Assembly (NCBI GenBank): GCA_041661275.1
Contig: JBAZUU010000006.1
Coordinates: 1-60,768 of the forward strand
Source of the DNA: Parcubacteria group bacterium
GTDB taxonomy: Bacteria; Patescibacteriota; Minisyncoccia; Moranbacterales; UBA2206
Direction of reading: 5' to 3'
Length of the DNA: 60,768 bases
Below the pieces are notes generated by a model. The model did no database searches and was not told the DNA's origin. It worked only from the letters and a program-made list of their open reading frames with translations. Made by a program: the position numbers and the translations under genes. Shown piece by piece: positions 1 to 9,774 of the stretch; position 1 is the first letter of the stretch; each line of letters starts with the position of its first letter.

Positions 1-603
1 AGCTCACCAAGGCTATGACGGGTAGGGGATGTGAGAGCATGATCCCCAACATTGGGACTGAGACACTGCCCAAACACCTACGGGTGGCTGCAGTCGAGAA
101 TAATCCACAATGGACGAAAGTCTGATGGTGCGACGCCGCGTGCGGGATGACAGCCTTCGGGTTGTAAACCGCTTTTATAAGGGAAGAATGTAATGACGGT
201 ACCTTATGAATAAGAGGTTACTAACTCTGTGCCAGCAGTAGCGGTAATACAGAGACCTCAAGCGTTATCCGGATTTATTGGGCGTAAAGAGCGTGTAGGT
301 GGATATATTAGTCAGACGTCAAATCTCCGAGCTCAACTCGGAAACTGCGTTTGAAACGGTATATCTAGAGGAAGTGAGGGACCAGTGGAACATATGGTGT
401 AGCAGTGAAATGCGTTGATATCATATGGAACACCAAAGGCGAAGGCATCTGGTTGGCACTTTCCTGACACTGAGGCGCGAAAGCGTGGGTAGCGAATGGG
501 ATTAGATACCCCAGTAGTCCACGCCCTAAACGATGCATACTAGGTATTAGGAGAATCGACCCTCCTAGTGTCGTAGCTAACGCGTTAAGTATGCCGCCTG
601 GGA

Positions 604-635
<32 letters not shown>

Positions 636-865
636 AGACGGGGATCCGCACAAGTGGTGGAGCATGTGGTTTAATTCGACAATAAGCGAGGAACCTTACC
701 AGGGCTTGAAGCCTAGCTGCATTGTATGGAAACATACAAGCCTTCGAGGGTGCTAGACAGGTGCTGCACGGTTGTCGTCAGCTCGTGCCGTAAGGTGTTC
801 TGTTAAGTCAGGAAACGAGCGCAACCCCCATCGTGTGTTATATATGTCACACGAGACTGCCCAGA

Positions 866-1055
866 ACTTTGCGCACAGGCGCAAAGTAATAACCAATAAT
901 CAAGTAACAATAACCAAACAAATCACAATGACCAAAATTCAAATTTCAAACATATTTTTTTAAAAAGTTTGTGATTTGGATAATTGGAATTTGAAATTTT
1001 TTTGGAATTTGTATCTTGTATCTTGGAATTTACTTTGTTCGTCTGCGAACAAAGT
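866..1055 (+). other. Non-coding intervening sequence inside the 16S gene
   Basis: A ~190 nt AT-rich block splits the conserved GAGACTGCCCAGA / TCTGGGAGGAAGG helix. It is bounded by two similar hairpins, ACTTTGCGCACAGGCGCAAAGT and ACTTTGTTCGTCTGCGAACAAAGT. No credible ORF. Confidence 0.7.
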
Positions 1056-1107
1056 TCTGGGAGGAAGGCGGGGATGACGTCAAATCAGCGTGGCCCTCTG
1101 ACGCCCT

Positions 1108-1144
<37 letters not shown>

Positions 1145-1289
1145 TGCCAAGTCGTAAGACGGAGCTAATCCCAAAAAACCGGTCTCAGTTCGGATTGAGG
1201 TCTGCAACTCGACCTCATGAAGCCGGAATCACTAGTAATCGTGAATCAGCTATGTCACGGTGAATACGTTCTCGGATCTTGTACTCACA

Positions 1290-2170
1290 ATAAAAGCGCC
1301 GGGCAGTTTACATTTCTAAGAAGTTAAAATCTTCTCCTCTGATACCCAATCAGAGCGTAGCCGAAAGATAGTCGTTATCCGCGAGGATAATGGCGAAGGA
1401 TCTGGAGGCAAATAGCAGTCTGACATAAAAAATGGTAGCATTGACCTTCGACCAGGTGGTGAGCGAAGGGAAAATGCGGACTAAAACCAGTCAGAATGTT
1501 AGGAATAGAAATATGAATAACCCCGGGAGATCTTACGTTGTTGCAATTTTATGTTATAATAAGATTGTATAATGAAACTTACGCAGCGTAAGAAGTCAGC
1601 TGAATCGTAGTATCTATCAAGGTTTTGCTTGGCAAAATTTAGATGGAGAAGGATTCACTCAATGCATATGAAAAAATTAAGTCCAGATTATATTGTTGGC
1701 TTAGTCGACGGAGAGGGAAGTTTTACGGCTTACGTAAAAGATCCATATTCGGCGAAGATAGTTCAAAGACGGACAAAAGTAGAACCAAGATTTTTTCTTA
1801 AACTTATAGAGAAAGACAAAAAAATACTCTATGATTTAAAAAAATTCTTTGGTTGCGGCAATGTTTATTTTCAAAAAGATAAGCGAGCCAATCATCAAAA
1901 TTGCTATCGCTTTGAAGTCTCCAACAGAAATGACCTGGAAAAAATTATTATTCCGTTTTTCAAAAGTAATTCTTTGAGATTACGCTCAAAGAATAGTGAC
2001 TTTGAAATTTTTTGTCAGATTCTTCAAATGGTCATGAATAAGGATCATCTGAAAGAATCAGGATTAAGAAAAATCTATAATCTTAAACAAAAAATGCATT
2101 AGAGCTCGTCGCGTGCGGGAAATCCGCAGGCGCGATGGGAACATCAATTCGTAGTTTCACGAAGATAATC
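1290..2170 (+). mobile_element. Intron-like insertion in 16S (probable group I intron) carrying a homing endonuclease
   Basis: It separates TTGTACTCACA from GCCCGTCACACC, which are contiguous in uninterrupted 16S genes. It contains a LAGLIDADG ORF. Exact splice boundaries were not determined. Confidence 0.75.
1629..2102 (+). CDS. LAGLIDADG homing endonuclease
   Basis: It has the IVGLVDGEGSF motif and the size of a single-motif LAGLIDADG enzyme. The more likely start is the ATG at 1662, preceded by GGAGAAGG. Confidence 0.85.
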   Translation: MAKFRWRRIHSMHMKKLSPDYIVGLVDGEGSFTAYVKDPYSAKIVQRRTKVEPRFFLKLIEKDKKILYDLKKFFGCGNVYFQKDKRANHQNCYRFEVSNRNDLEKIIIPFFKSNSLRLRSKNSDFEIFCQILQMVMNKDHLKESGLRKIYNLKQKMH

Positions 2171-2292
2171 GCCCGTCACACCAAGAGAGTCGGTAACACC
2201 GGAAGGCCCTGTTTCAAAGCAGGGACCAGGGTGGGATCGATGATAAGGGTGAAGTCGTAACAAGGCATCCGTAGGGGAACCTGTGGATGGAT

Positions 2293-2556
2293 CACCTCCT
2301 TTCTAGGGAGATTTTGATGGTAATCGAGAGTATTGCTCGTGAAGTCCGAATCCTGTCATGGGAATTGGATGAGCAGTATGATTACTATCTCGCTGGTCGA
2401 TCCTTTTGTCCTCGGATAAAAGGAAACAGCTAGGCTTAACAGAGCTAAAAACTTCTGTAGCCGTAGGTTTTGTACAACCTGCGCTAGGCTCTTGGACTAA
2501 TCGCAAAAGACTGTGATAACTATAACAAGGACAGCAATAAAATGCTGTTTTTGTGT
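2293..2556 (+). ncRNA. 16S 3' tail plus structured trailer RNA, copy A (contiguous with the real 16S)
   Basis: It starts at CACCTCCTTTCTAGGGAG and has four helices conserved with copies B-D through compensatory changes. It contains the conserved GGTCGA and GGACTAATCGCAAAAGACTGTGAT blocks. It ends in the terminator ACAGCAATAAAATGCTGTTTTT. Confidence 0.6.
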
Positions 2557-2614
2557 TTCTAAAATCAGTATCTGCCTAGAAACGTCTGATTGGAGGGAGA
2601 TTTTAATTGGGTTT

Positions 2615-2652
2615 ACTCCGTTCCCCGCTGGAGTGGATAACTTTTATTGACT
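2615..2652 (+). promoter_or_regulatory. Conserved ACTCCGTTCCCC motif plus TTGACT -35 box upstream of the integrase
   Basis: ACTCCGTTCCCCGCTGGAGTGGATAACTTTTATTGACT is followed 16-17 nt later by TAATGT. Related copies lie at 15239, 25247 and 27562. Confidence 0.5.
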
Positions 2653-2703
2653 TTGTGTGTGTCGAAGCTAATGTGTCACTGACATTAGCAATAAGATACA
2701 TAT

Positions 2704-3591
2704 ATGAAACCAAAAACAATAATAAATACCACTGAAGAATTTCTAACCTGGCTACAAGTCGAAAGACGATTTGCTAAAAGTTCCATCATCAGCTACTGCT
2801 CCCGGCTGAAAGGAATTGTACGCGATATAGGTGACTTGGAGATAAAAAATATTACCTCAGAGCACATTTTCAAACTCAAATCCATTCTGTATGAGAGGCA
2901 GAATTCAGAGGTTTTTACTGGAGTGGTGATGGCGGCCATCAAGGGGCTGCTGCTCTACGCCAGAGATCAGCTGAAAATTCCTATTCAGATTGACCCAGGC
3001 ACAATAACTATTCCAAAACGCAAACGGAAAGACATAATATATCTAACAGTGGACGAAATCAACCGGTTCAGGAACAGTATCAATATTAATACCAGCTGCG
3101 GATTGCGCTTTAGAGCTTTAGTAGAAACGCTCTTAGGTTCCGCCTGTCGCATCTCAGAAGCACTAAGCCTCAATCGCGACTCTATTTCTCCCATTGAAAA
3201 AGAAGCGAGGATAATCGGTAAAGGTGGGAAAGAAAGAGTCCTATATTTCAACGAAGATTCGCTATACTGGATCAATAAATATTCAGAAACAAGGACGGAC
3301 AATAATCCATCTCTTTTTATAACCACCGGAAAATCACCGCGTCAGCTCCGCAATCAGGATTTGAGCCGGTATTTCAAGCACCAGCGGTCGGTTGCAGGTA
3401 TTTCCAAAAAGGTCACGCCGCATATTTTAAGGCATACGGCAGCTACTACGATGGCGATGAATAACTGCTCTGCCATATTTATAAAGGAGATTTTAGGTCA
3501 CAGCCGACTCCAGACCTCAATTGATTATTATATATCCCTCGCTGACAAGCAAAAGGTGAAACAAGCACATCAAACTTTTCTAAAATATTAG
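2704..3591 (+). CDS. Tyrosine recombinase / phage-type integrase
   Basis: It has an N-terminal SAM-like core-binding region and a C-terminal catalytic domain with the motifs ARISEAL, HILRHTAAT and LGHSRLQTSIDYY. Confidence 0.9.
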   Translation: MKPKTIINTTEEFLTWLQVERRFAKSSIISYCSRLKGIVRDIGDLEIKNITSEHIFKLKSILYERQNSEVFTGVVMAAIKGLLLYARDQLKIPIQIDPGTITIPKRKRKDIIYLTVDEINRFRNSININTSCGLRFRALVETLLGSACRISEALSLNRDSISPIEKEARIIGKGGKERVLYFNEDSLYWINKYSETRTDNNPSLFITTGKSPRQLRNQDLSRYFKHQRSVAGISKKVTPHILRHTAATTMAMNNCSAIFIKEILGHSRLQTSIDYYISLADKQKVKQAHQTFLKY

Positions 3592-3634
3592 CTTCTATGA
3601 TTCTGGGGAGATTTTTGTTAAAATAGAAGAAAAT

Positions 3635-4363
3635 ATGGAAAATCCCAATAGCATAGAAGAAGTTATAGAACGAATACAGGAAAAATATAATAGCAGAAAG
3701 GGTTATGAGGAATTTAAGATTCTACTGCTGGATTCTGGCATTCTCAAGGATAGCCTTGATGATTTTTTTATGTTTCCTGAAGGCGAAAACTTTCCAACTG
3801 GCATTAGCTCTTATGCGTTAAAAGAAAAATTCCTGCTGAATAAGGATTTTTTGTTGGATCTGGCCTTAAATCTATACCAGTCCTTGGATGTCAAAAGAAA
3901 AGGGATGCTCCAGTATGCATTTAAGCTGGATGGCCTGACCATAGATAAGGATGAATTGTATAATAAAAATAAAATAGTATTTGAGGTGCAGTATAATAAT
4001 ATCGATAGGGTGCTCCGTGTTAATGGGAAGGGTATTACACGGCCGCGGTTTAACCGGGAGAATGATAATGTCTTCTCATATATTTATGAACATCCCAATC
4101 GACTTTTAATGGTCGATGCAAATGATAAATTAGAGGGTGCAGTTGAGGTTTTGAAAAGTTTGGATGATGTCGTAAAAAATCTTCGGTTTTCCAGAAATGC
4201 AAGGCAGCTATTTTTTCCAAAAGTTAGCGATAAGGAGATTGAGTTTAGAAATCCCATTACCCTGGGTGAGCTTAAGCAGAGGGGTTTTGATGAAAATATT
4301 ACCATAGACGATTTATTTCCAGATAAAAAGCTAGGCACAAAAAGGAATAAAAAGGTCAAATAG
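3635..4363 (+). CDS. Hypothetical protein
   Basis: Intact ORF lying between the two recombinase genes. No recognisable motif. Confidence 0.5.
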   Translation: MENPNSIEEVIERIQEKYNSRKGYEEFKILLLDSGILKDSLDDFFMFPEGENFPTGISSYALKEKFLLNKDFLLDLALNLYQSLDVKRKGMLQYAFKLDGLTIDKDELYNKNKIVFEVQYNNIDRVLRVNGKGITRPRFNRENDNVFSYIYEHPNRLLMVDANDKLEGAVEVLKSLDDVVKNLRFSRNARQLFFPKVSDKEIEFRNPITLGELKQRGFDENITIDDLFPDKKLGTKRNKKVK

Positions 4364-4441
4364 GAATAATTAGGCATACAGCAAGGATTAAAACATAATA
4401 TTGGTTCACAATGCTCTTAGATAACACTAGGAGTATTTTTT

Positions 4442-5407
4442 ATGTTTCCAATTTTCTCTGACAATTTAATCTTATCCCAGTGTTTTGACCGGCTTTTTGA
4501 GAATATCGAAGCGGATTGTTCGCTGTCTCAAAATTCCGTAGAAACATACAAAAGGATTTGCCCAAGGATTATCCAATTCTTCGGAGATATAAACATAAAG
4601 AAGCTGGATGCGCGGATGATTACCGGCTATAAGCAATTTCTCAATCGGCCAAGCCAGAAAAAGGAAAGATTGAGCGCGACATATAAGAATCAGCACCTGA
4701 CGTTGCTCAGGATACTCCTGAAATTTATTAAAGAAAAAGAGAACATAAAAGCGATGGATTATACGCTGGTTACTAAATATAAGGTTTCTGTCAAAGAGGT
4801 TGAGTTTCTGAATGAATCAGAGTTATCTAGACTGATGAATTACCCCAGCGACAAAACTATTACTGGTTGTCGAATGAGAGCATATCTTGAAACTTCAATT
4901 TCTACCGGCTGTCGGTTGACAGAAATAAGAAATTTGAAAATAGCCGATATCGATTTTGAAAATGGATCCGCCAATATCAGAACAAAAGGCGATAAGCCTC
5001 ATACGATTTTATTCAACAAATCATCATTGGAAGCGATTAAGAAATATCTGGATATGAGGAAAGACAATCACCAGAATCTATTCGTAACCGCCATGCCTCA
5101 TCCTAAACCTTGGCAGGGCAATGACATCGAGAGAAGTCTCCGGATGATTGGGAGAAAATTGAAACTCAGGAAGAATCTCAGGCCTCATTTATTACGGAAA
5201 TCAGCCGCGACGATTTTATACAAGAATAATGTTCCCTTGGGCGTGGTGCAGAATTTTTTAAACCATGCCTCGGCCAGAACCACCCTCTTACATTATCTTG
5301 GAAACTCAAATTTTCAGGAGCTGGAAAGAAATCACCGAAGAGTTATGGATAATCTGAATTTTAAAGATAAGACAGATTTATCTGGAGAGGAGGTGGAATT
5401 ACAATGA
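4442..5407 (+). CDS. Tyrosine recombinase / integrase (second copy, divergent)
   Basis: Motifs: GCRLTEIRNL, HLLRKSAAT and LNHASARTTLLHYL. Confidence 0.85.
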   Translation: MFPIFSDNLILSQCFDRLFENIEADCSLSQNSVETYKRICPRIIQFFGDINIKKLDARMITGYKQFLNRPSQKKERLSATYKNQHLTLLRILLKFIKEKENIKAMDYTLVTKYKVSVKEVEFLNESELSRLMNYPSDKTITGCRMRAYLETSISTGCRLTEIRNLKIADIDFENGSANIRTKGDKPHTILFNKSSLEAIKKYLDMRKDNHQNLFVTAMPHPKPWQGNDIERSLRMIGRKLKLRKNLRPHLLRKSAATILYKNNVPLGVVQNFLNHASARTTLLHYLGNSNFQELERNHRRVMDNLNFKDKTDLSGEEVELQ

Positions 5408-5823
5408 AGTTGCAGAAAAAGGAAACCATGGGAATGCCTTTCGCCAAGAAAGGAACAGATGTCAAAGAAGGAGACATAATTACCATAGGTAGTGAGGGGA
5501 AGATTGTGGAAACTCAATTCGGTTCACAGAACATTTTTGAAATCAAAACTGCCAATGGCGTGGAATTGGTTTTGGGTATCAACCAGACCAGCATCAATGC
5601 CTTGGTGGATGCTTTCGGAGAAGAAACTGCGAACTGGATAGGCAAGAGGGTAAAAGTTCATTCATTTAAGCAAAATGTGGCCGGTAAATTTATTCAAGTT
5701 TACTATATAGCACCGGAAGGCTATGAAATGGGTGAAAATGGATTTGGGAAAGCCGAATCGGCAGGAGTGGTTAATGCTCAGATAAACGAAGAAAGCGCGG
5801 CCGTGGAAGACAACACTTTCTAA
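5404..5823 (+). CDS. Hypothetical protein
   Basis: Its start overlaps the recombinase stop by 4 nt (ATGA), which suggests translational coupling. No recognisable motif. Confidence 0.5.
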   Translation: MKLQKKETMGMPFAKKGTDVKEGDIITIGSEGKIVETQFGSQNIFEIKTANGVELVLGINQTSINALVDAFGEETANWIGKRVKVHSFKQNVAGKFIQVYYIAPEGYEMGENGFGKAESAGVVNAQINEESAAVEDNTF

Positions 5824-5942
5824 CGTTAGCTTATGTGCTTAGCGGAATTATTTTCCGCTTGGCCATAAGCTAATTTTGCTAGGTGAAAATAAATTTTAAT
5901 GAAAGGCATTGACAATCCTATGAGGAATGATAAAATACAATT

Positions 5943-6086
5943 AGAAAACAAAATATTAGGACTTACTTCTTCTGGAGTTTCGCTGTATTTAGATGGTCGA
6001 AGTAGGAAGTCTTTCTCAATTTTAGGTCTGAGAAAAAGTCCGCAAACAATTATCACTTTTAGTGGTAGGCGTTTGCGGGCTTTTTG
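5943..6086 (+). ncRNA. Candidate small RNA (unclassified)
   Basis: A TTGACA (5909), 16 nt spacer, TAAAAT (5931) promoter precedes it, and the terminator CCGCAAAC...GTTTGCGGGCTTTTT (6040-6086) follows. The only ORF inside is unconvincing. Confidence 0.3.
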
Positions 6087-6235
6087 TTTATTAAATTTTT
6101 AACTAACTTGTTCGGTGGCTCCTGCTGGCCTTGGATGCGAACTATTCCGTCCATCCGAGGTCAACGGGAGGCACGACGGAAATATATGAACTACGGTAAT
6201 ATCTCGCCGCGAGAGTATCTGCGGGTAAAAAATAT

Positions 6236-6628
6236 ATGTCAGATATAATAAAAGTTTTATTTGTAGAAGATGATCCGGATCAGCTTTTCCTTTTTCAACA
6301 AGTCTTTAATATTAAAGGCCTTCTCACTATCCCGGCCACTACTATTGATGAGGCTATGAGGATGGTTGCTTTGGATAGACCCGACATTGTACTTTTGGAT
6401 ATAATGCTTCGACATGAAAACGGACTGGATATAATGGAAAAGCTAAAAAAAGACAGCAGCACGAAAGATATTCCGGTTGTTGTCTTTACCAATACGAATA
6501 AAAAGGAGTATCGAGACAGAGCTGAGAAACTTGGTGCGGCTGATTTCATTATCAAATCGCAAACCATTCCTCAGGAAATGGCAGAAAGAGTGAAAGCGCT
6601 TGTGGAGAAAGGGAAAAATGGGGTTTAA
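6236..6628 (+). CDS. Single-domain response regulator (CheY-like receiver)
   Basis: It has the acidic pocket VEDD, the phospho-acceptor context DIVLLDIML, and a conserved T/K region. Confidence 0.85.
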   Translation: MSDIIKVLFVEDDPDQLFLFQQVFNIKGLLTIPATTIDEAMRMVALDRPDIVLLDIMLRHENGLDIMEKLKKDSSTKDIPVVVFTNTNKKEYRDRAEKLGAADFIIKSQTIPQEMAERVKALVEKGKNGV

Positions 6629-6638
6629 TTTCTTTTGC

Positions 6639-6666
6639 TTGACAATTGTTTATAATTAGTTATACT
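6639..6666 (+). promoter_or_regulatory. Sigma-70-type promoter
   Basis: TTGACA, 16 nt spacer, TATACT. Confidence 0.55.
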
Positions 6667-6674
6667 AAGACTAG

Positions 6675-7000
6675 TTGTTAGAAATGAAATTAAAACCTAT
6701 AGCTAGATCCTGGCATTATAATGTCCAGGGTTGGGTCTAGCTGATTTTAAGGAATAATATCCTTGAAAAGGTGGCTTTTGCATCAGTGAGAGCCCGGCAA
6801 TCCTCCGTAATCAAGGGAAAGCTGATGTCGTCCTGCTTAAGCGGGAGACTGAGTCAGTAAAGTGGTCTTAATCCGTTTTGCTGACGGATTTTTTTAATCC
6901 GTCAAAAATAGACAGATCGAGACAAAAAAGGTGGTACCACGGGATAACCTCTCGTCCTTTTGTCTAAGCTCTAGCTTGGGCAAAGAGACGGGAGGTTTTT
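6675..7000 (+). promoter_or_regulatory. T-box riboswitch leader with terminator/antiterminator
   Basis: The T-box sequence AAAAAGGTGGTACCACGGGATAACCTCTCGTCC starts near 6925. An alternative terminator pairs ACCTCTCGTCCTTTTG with CAAAGAGACGGGAGGT and is followed by TTTTT. Upstream hairpins could serve as stems I-III. Confidence 0.65.
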
Positions 7001-7102
7001 ATTTGACCTCCTAGCTAGATTATTGTATGCTAGCAAGTTCAGTTCTTTGAAAAACGATACGCAATAAACAATCTACCTGCAGGAGAAAAGGGAGAGCAAA
7101 TC

Positions 7103-7846
7103 ATGAAAACAGGAAAAATTATTATAATTGATGTATTAGACGATCCCCCATTCAATATAACTGAAATCTTTAAGGCAAGCTTAAAATCGGTGAATATTGA
7201 CGATCACTTGATCGTGGGGATTAATGGATTGGGCAATGATCTGTCTATGCTCCCAAAAATGAATATGTTGGGTGCTATAATTTCAGGGTCTATCCACCAT
7301 GTCATAGAGGATGGTGAAAAAGAATGGGGGAAATCTTTATTCCACTTTATTCGACAATATTATAATTGTATTCCTATTTTGGGTGTTTGCTATGGACATC
7401 AGGCATTGGCCCATGCTCTCGGTGGCGATGTCAGAGCTAACGAACGGGGGCGGGAAATTGGATCAGTGCAAATATTCCTAACAGAAGATGCACGAACTGA
7501 TAAATTGTTTTGTGACTCTGTTGACGGTGGATTTGTTCAAGAGAGTCATTTAGATCATGTCGTTTCCTTACCTAAGGGCGCAATTATTCTTGCTCATAAC
7601 CAACATTCACCAATACAGGCATTTAGAGTAGGAAAAAGTTGGGGGATTCAATTTCATCCAGAATTAAGTCCGCCCATGTTTAGACAGTTGCTAAAAGGAA
7701 GAATAAAAAGATTGATTGCTGATAACGAACATAATGAGGCAAAAAAACTTGAAAGAGTAATGGCGGGAATAAGGGATTGTCCAATGGCAGTTGAAATATT
7801 AAGGAAATTCATACTTCATTGCAAAGAGGAGAAAAAATATGTTTGA
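7103..7846 (+). CDS. Class I glutamine amidotransferase
   Basis: It has the nucleophile elbow GVCYGHQ and the IQFHPE motif. Confidence 0.8.
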   Translation: MKTGKIIIIDVLDDPPFNITEIFKASLKSVNIDDHLIVGINGLGNDLSMLPKMNMLGAIISGSIHHVIEDGEKEWGKSLFHFIRQYYNCIPILGVCYGHQALAHALGGDVRANERGREIGSVQIFLTEDARTDKLFCDSVDGGFVQESHLDHVVSLPKGAIILAHNQHSPIQAFRVGKSWGIQFHPELSPPMFRQLLKGRIKRLIADNEHNEAKKLERVMAGIRDCPMAVEILRKFILHCKEEKKYV

Positions 7847-9005
7847 TATCAAGCACATTCTCAAGAATCATGCGTATCAAAATGTACCCCTATCATACGA
7901 GGAGGCGTATTGCCTGGGTCGGATGACATTGGAAAGCTGTGCTGATTCTGCTGATAAGACGATCCAAATCCAAAGCATAGCCGCTCTGTGTGCTTTGCAT
8001 AATGGAGCGACCTATCGTTGGAGATGGAATGAGCGAGATGCAAGAATTCATGAACATGATCTTCCGACAAGTGCGGCAGAGCAAGTGGCGGGAATATGTG
8101 CGGCAGTATTTGAACACGATATTGCCAAATCTCGCTACGGATTTTTGCGACCGAAAGTCCCTTACGCCATTGACAACTGTGGAATGGGTGGCGACCTGAT
8201 CGTTACCGCCAATGTCAGCACAATCGCAGCATTTATTGCTTCGGCGACCGGTATCATCATGTGCAAGCATGGTTCGCCGGCTAATGCGGACAAGGGCAGG
8301 CATGGCAGTTCCGATTTCATCGCGCAAATCTGCGGAATCAACAACTTCGCTTCTAGGGATGCTGTTGAAAAGTGCGTGGAAAAGCTGGGGTTTGGATACA
8401 CTGAAGCCTGTGACACAGGATATAAGAGTATCCATATGCAGACTCACAAGATTGCGCTCCTTCCGCACATGAACGATATCATCGGTCCGATCACCAATCC
8501 TGTTGATCCCAAAATCATGACCAAAAAAATTCTGGGCATGAACCATCTGGTTCCTCCCAGAGTGGCCGCGGAAGTCTATCAAATCCTCAACCGGAAGGGC
8601 ATTACCCATCTGGAGCACGGTTTCTTTATCCGGGGATTTATCAGCAGCGACCAGTATGACGGCATCGATGAAGTGTCGGTCTGTGACGGCGGGACTCAGG
8701 TGGCTGAACTCAGGGAAGGTGAAATCCATGAATACTGTCTTCATGCCAATGATTTCGGGCTGGATGTTGTATCGCTGGAGAACATTGTACCGCTGGGAAG
8801 TAAGGGCGACTATTCGATGAAAATCCTTCGCGGAGAGATCAATGGGTCTCGCATTAAAATAGTCCTGGCTAATGCGGCATTACTTTTCAAACTGGCGGGT
8901 TTTTCCAGAGATCTCAAAGAATGTTACAAGATAGCGGAAGAGACTCTCAAAAGTGGTAAGGCATACGAAAAGATGATGTCCGTTAGACAGGAAGTGCCGC
9001 TGTAA
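7839..9005 (+). CDS. Anthranilate phosphoribosyltransferase family (glycosyl transferase family 3, TrpD-like) protein
   Basis: DNCGMGGD, KHGSPANA..GSSD and IIGPITNP resemble the TrpD GTGGD, KHGN and GPLxNP motifs. It overlaps the upstream gene by 8 nt. Confidence 0.65.
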   Translation: MFDIKHILKNHAYQNVPLSYEEAYCLGRMTLESCADSADKTIQIQSIAALCALHNGATYRWRWNERDARIHEHDLPTSAAEQVAGICAAVFEHDIAKSRYGFLRPKVPYAIDNCGMGGDLIVTANVSTIAAFIASATGIIMCKHGSPANADKGRHGSSDFIAQICGINNFASRDAVEKCVEKLGFGYTEACDTGYKSIHMQTHKIALLPHMNDIIGPITNPVDPKIMTKKILGMNHLVPPRVAAEVYQILNRKGITHLEHGFFIRGFISSDQYDGIDEVSVCDGGTQVAELREGEIHEYCLHANDFGLDVVSLENIVPLGSKGDYSMKILRGEINGSRIKIVLANAALLFKLAGFSRDLKECYKIAEETLKSGKAYEKMMSVRQEVPL

Positions 9006-9024
9006 AATCCAAAAGGATGAGGGG

Positions 9025-9702
9025 GTGCGAACCGCACTCCCTCTCCACAAAACAATAGGGAGAAAATCGGTGAGGTGTAATAATTTATCGGCAATCGATG
9101 CGGACTTATGGGTTTTTGATAACGACGGTACGCTTTATCGGGATACACGGCCAATCGAGAATGTCGTCGAATCTTTCATGATTGATTTTATAGCCAGATA
9201 TTATGGGCTTAATCGCGAACAGGCGACGACAAAAAGGAGGGAGATTTTACGAAAGTATCGGACTTCCTATACTCTTATCGCAATGCGTAATGAAGGTGTA
9301 GACGAAGACGAATTCATCCGGGCTACCTATCTCAAGGTAAATCCGTCGGATTACGGAATATCCGATAGCCCTGACTTGAGGAATATTCTCTTGAGTTGCA
9401 AGGGGGAGCGGATCGTTCTTACCAATAACGTTTCAGAATTTGCAAATGCAATTCTTTGCTCTCTCGGTATCCGTGATCTTTTTTCCTCCATCGTGGGAAT
9501 GAGAGAACGAAATTTTGCGCAAAAACCAGATACAAGTGCCTTCGGTTTTGTGCAATCTGCGCTTAGAGTCGGCAGATCAGTGGCGTTTCTGGATGATGGA
9601 ATCGAAAACATTAAAACCACAAAACAGCTCGGCTGTGTTACAATACTAGTGAAAAATAGGGAGCTCACCGAGTATGCAGATTTCAGAGTTCAATTGTCAT
9701 AG
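9025..9702 (+). CDS. HAD-superfamily hydrolase
   Basis: It has the FDNDGTLY motif I and a C-terminal FLDD motif. The start codon is uncertain. Confidence 0.7.
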   Translation: MRTALPLHKTIGRKSVRCNNLSAIDADLWVFDNDGTLYRDTRPIENVVESFMIDFIARYYGLNREQATTKRREILRKYRTSYTLIAMRNEGVDEDEFIRATYLKVNPSDYGISDSPDLRNILLSCKGERIVLTNNVSEFANAILCSLGIRDLFSSIVGMRERNFAQKPDTSAFGFVQSALRVGRSVAFLDDGIENIKTTKQLGCVTILVKNRELTEYADFRVQLS

Positions 9703-9724
9703 ATATGGCGAAAGGACTCAACTT

Positions 9725-9758
9725 GAGGTGGACTGCATTTTAGTCCACCTCGTTTTTA
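9725..9758 (+). terminator. Intrinsic terminator
   Basis: GAGGTGGACT hairpin paired with AGTCCACCTC, followed by a T-run. Confidence 0.7.
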
Positions 9759-9774
9759 TTAAATAAGTACAGAT

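Noticed and set aside
900-1030. Short AT-rich tandem-like repeats (GGAATTTG variants) that might be mistaken for a CRISPR or VNTR
   Set aside because: They lie inside the 16S intervening sequence, are irregular, and have no repeat-spacer periodicity.
7893-8744. 283 aa - strand ORF and other overlapping ORFs in 7.8-8.5 kb
   Set aside because: It is antisense to the TrpD-like gene, which has family motifs. No motif or ribosome-binding site supports it.
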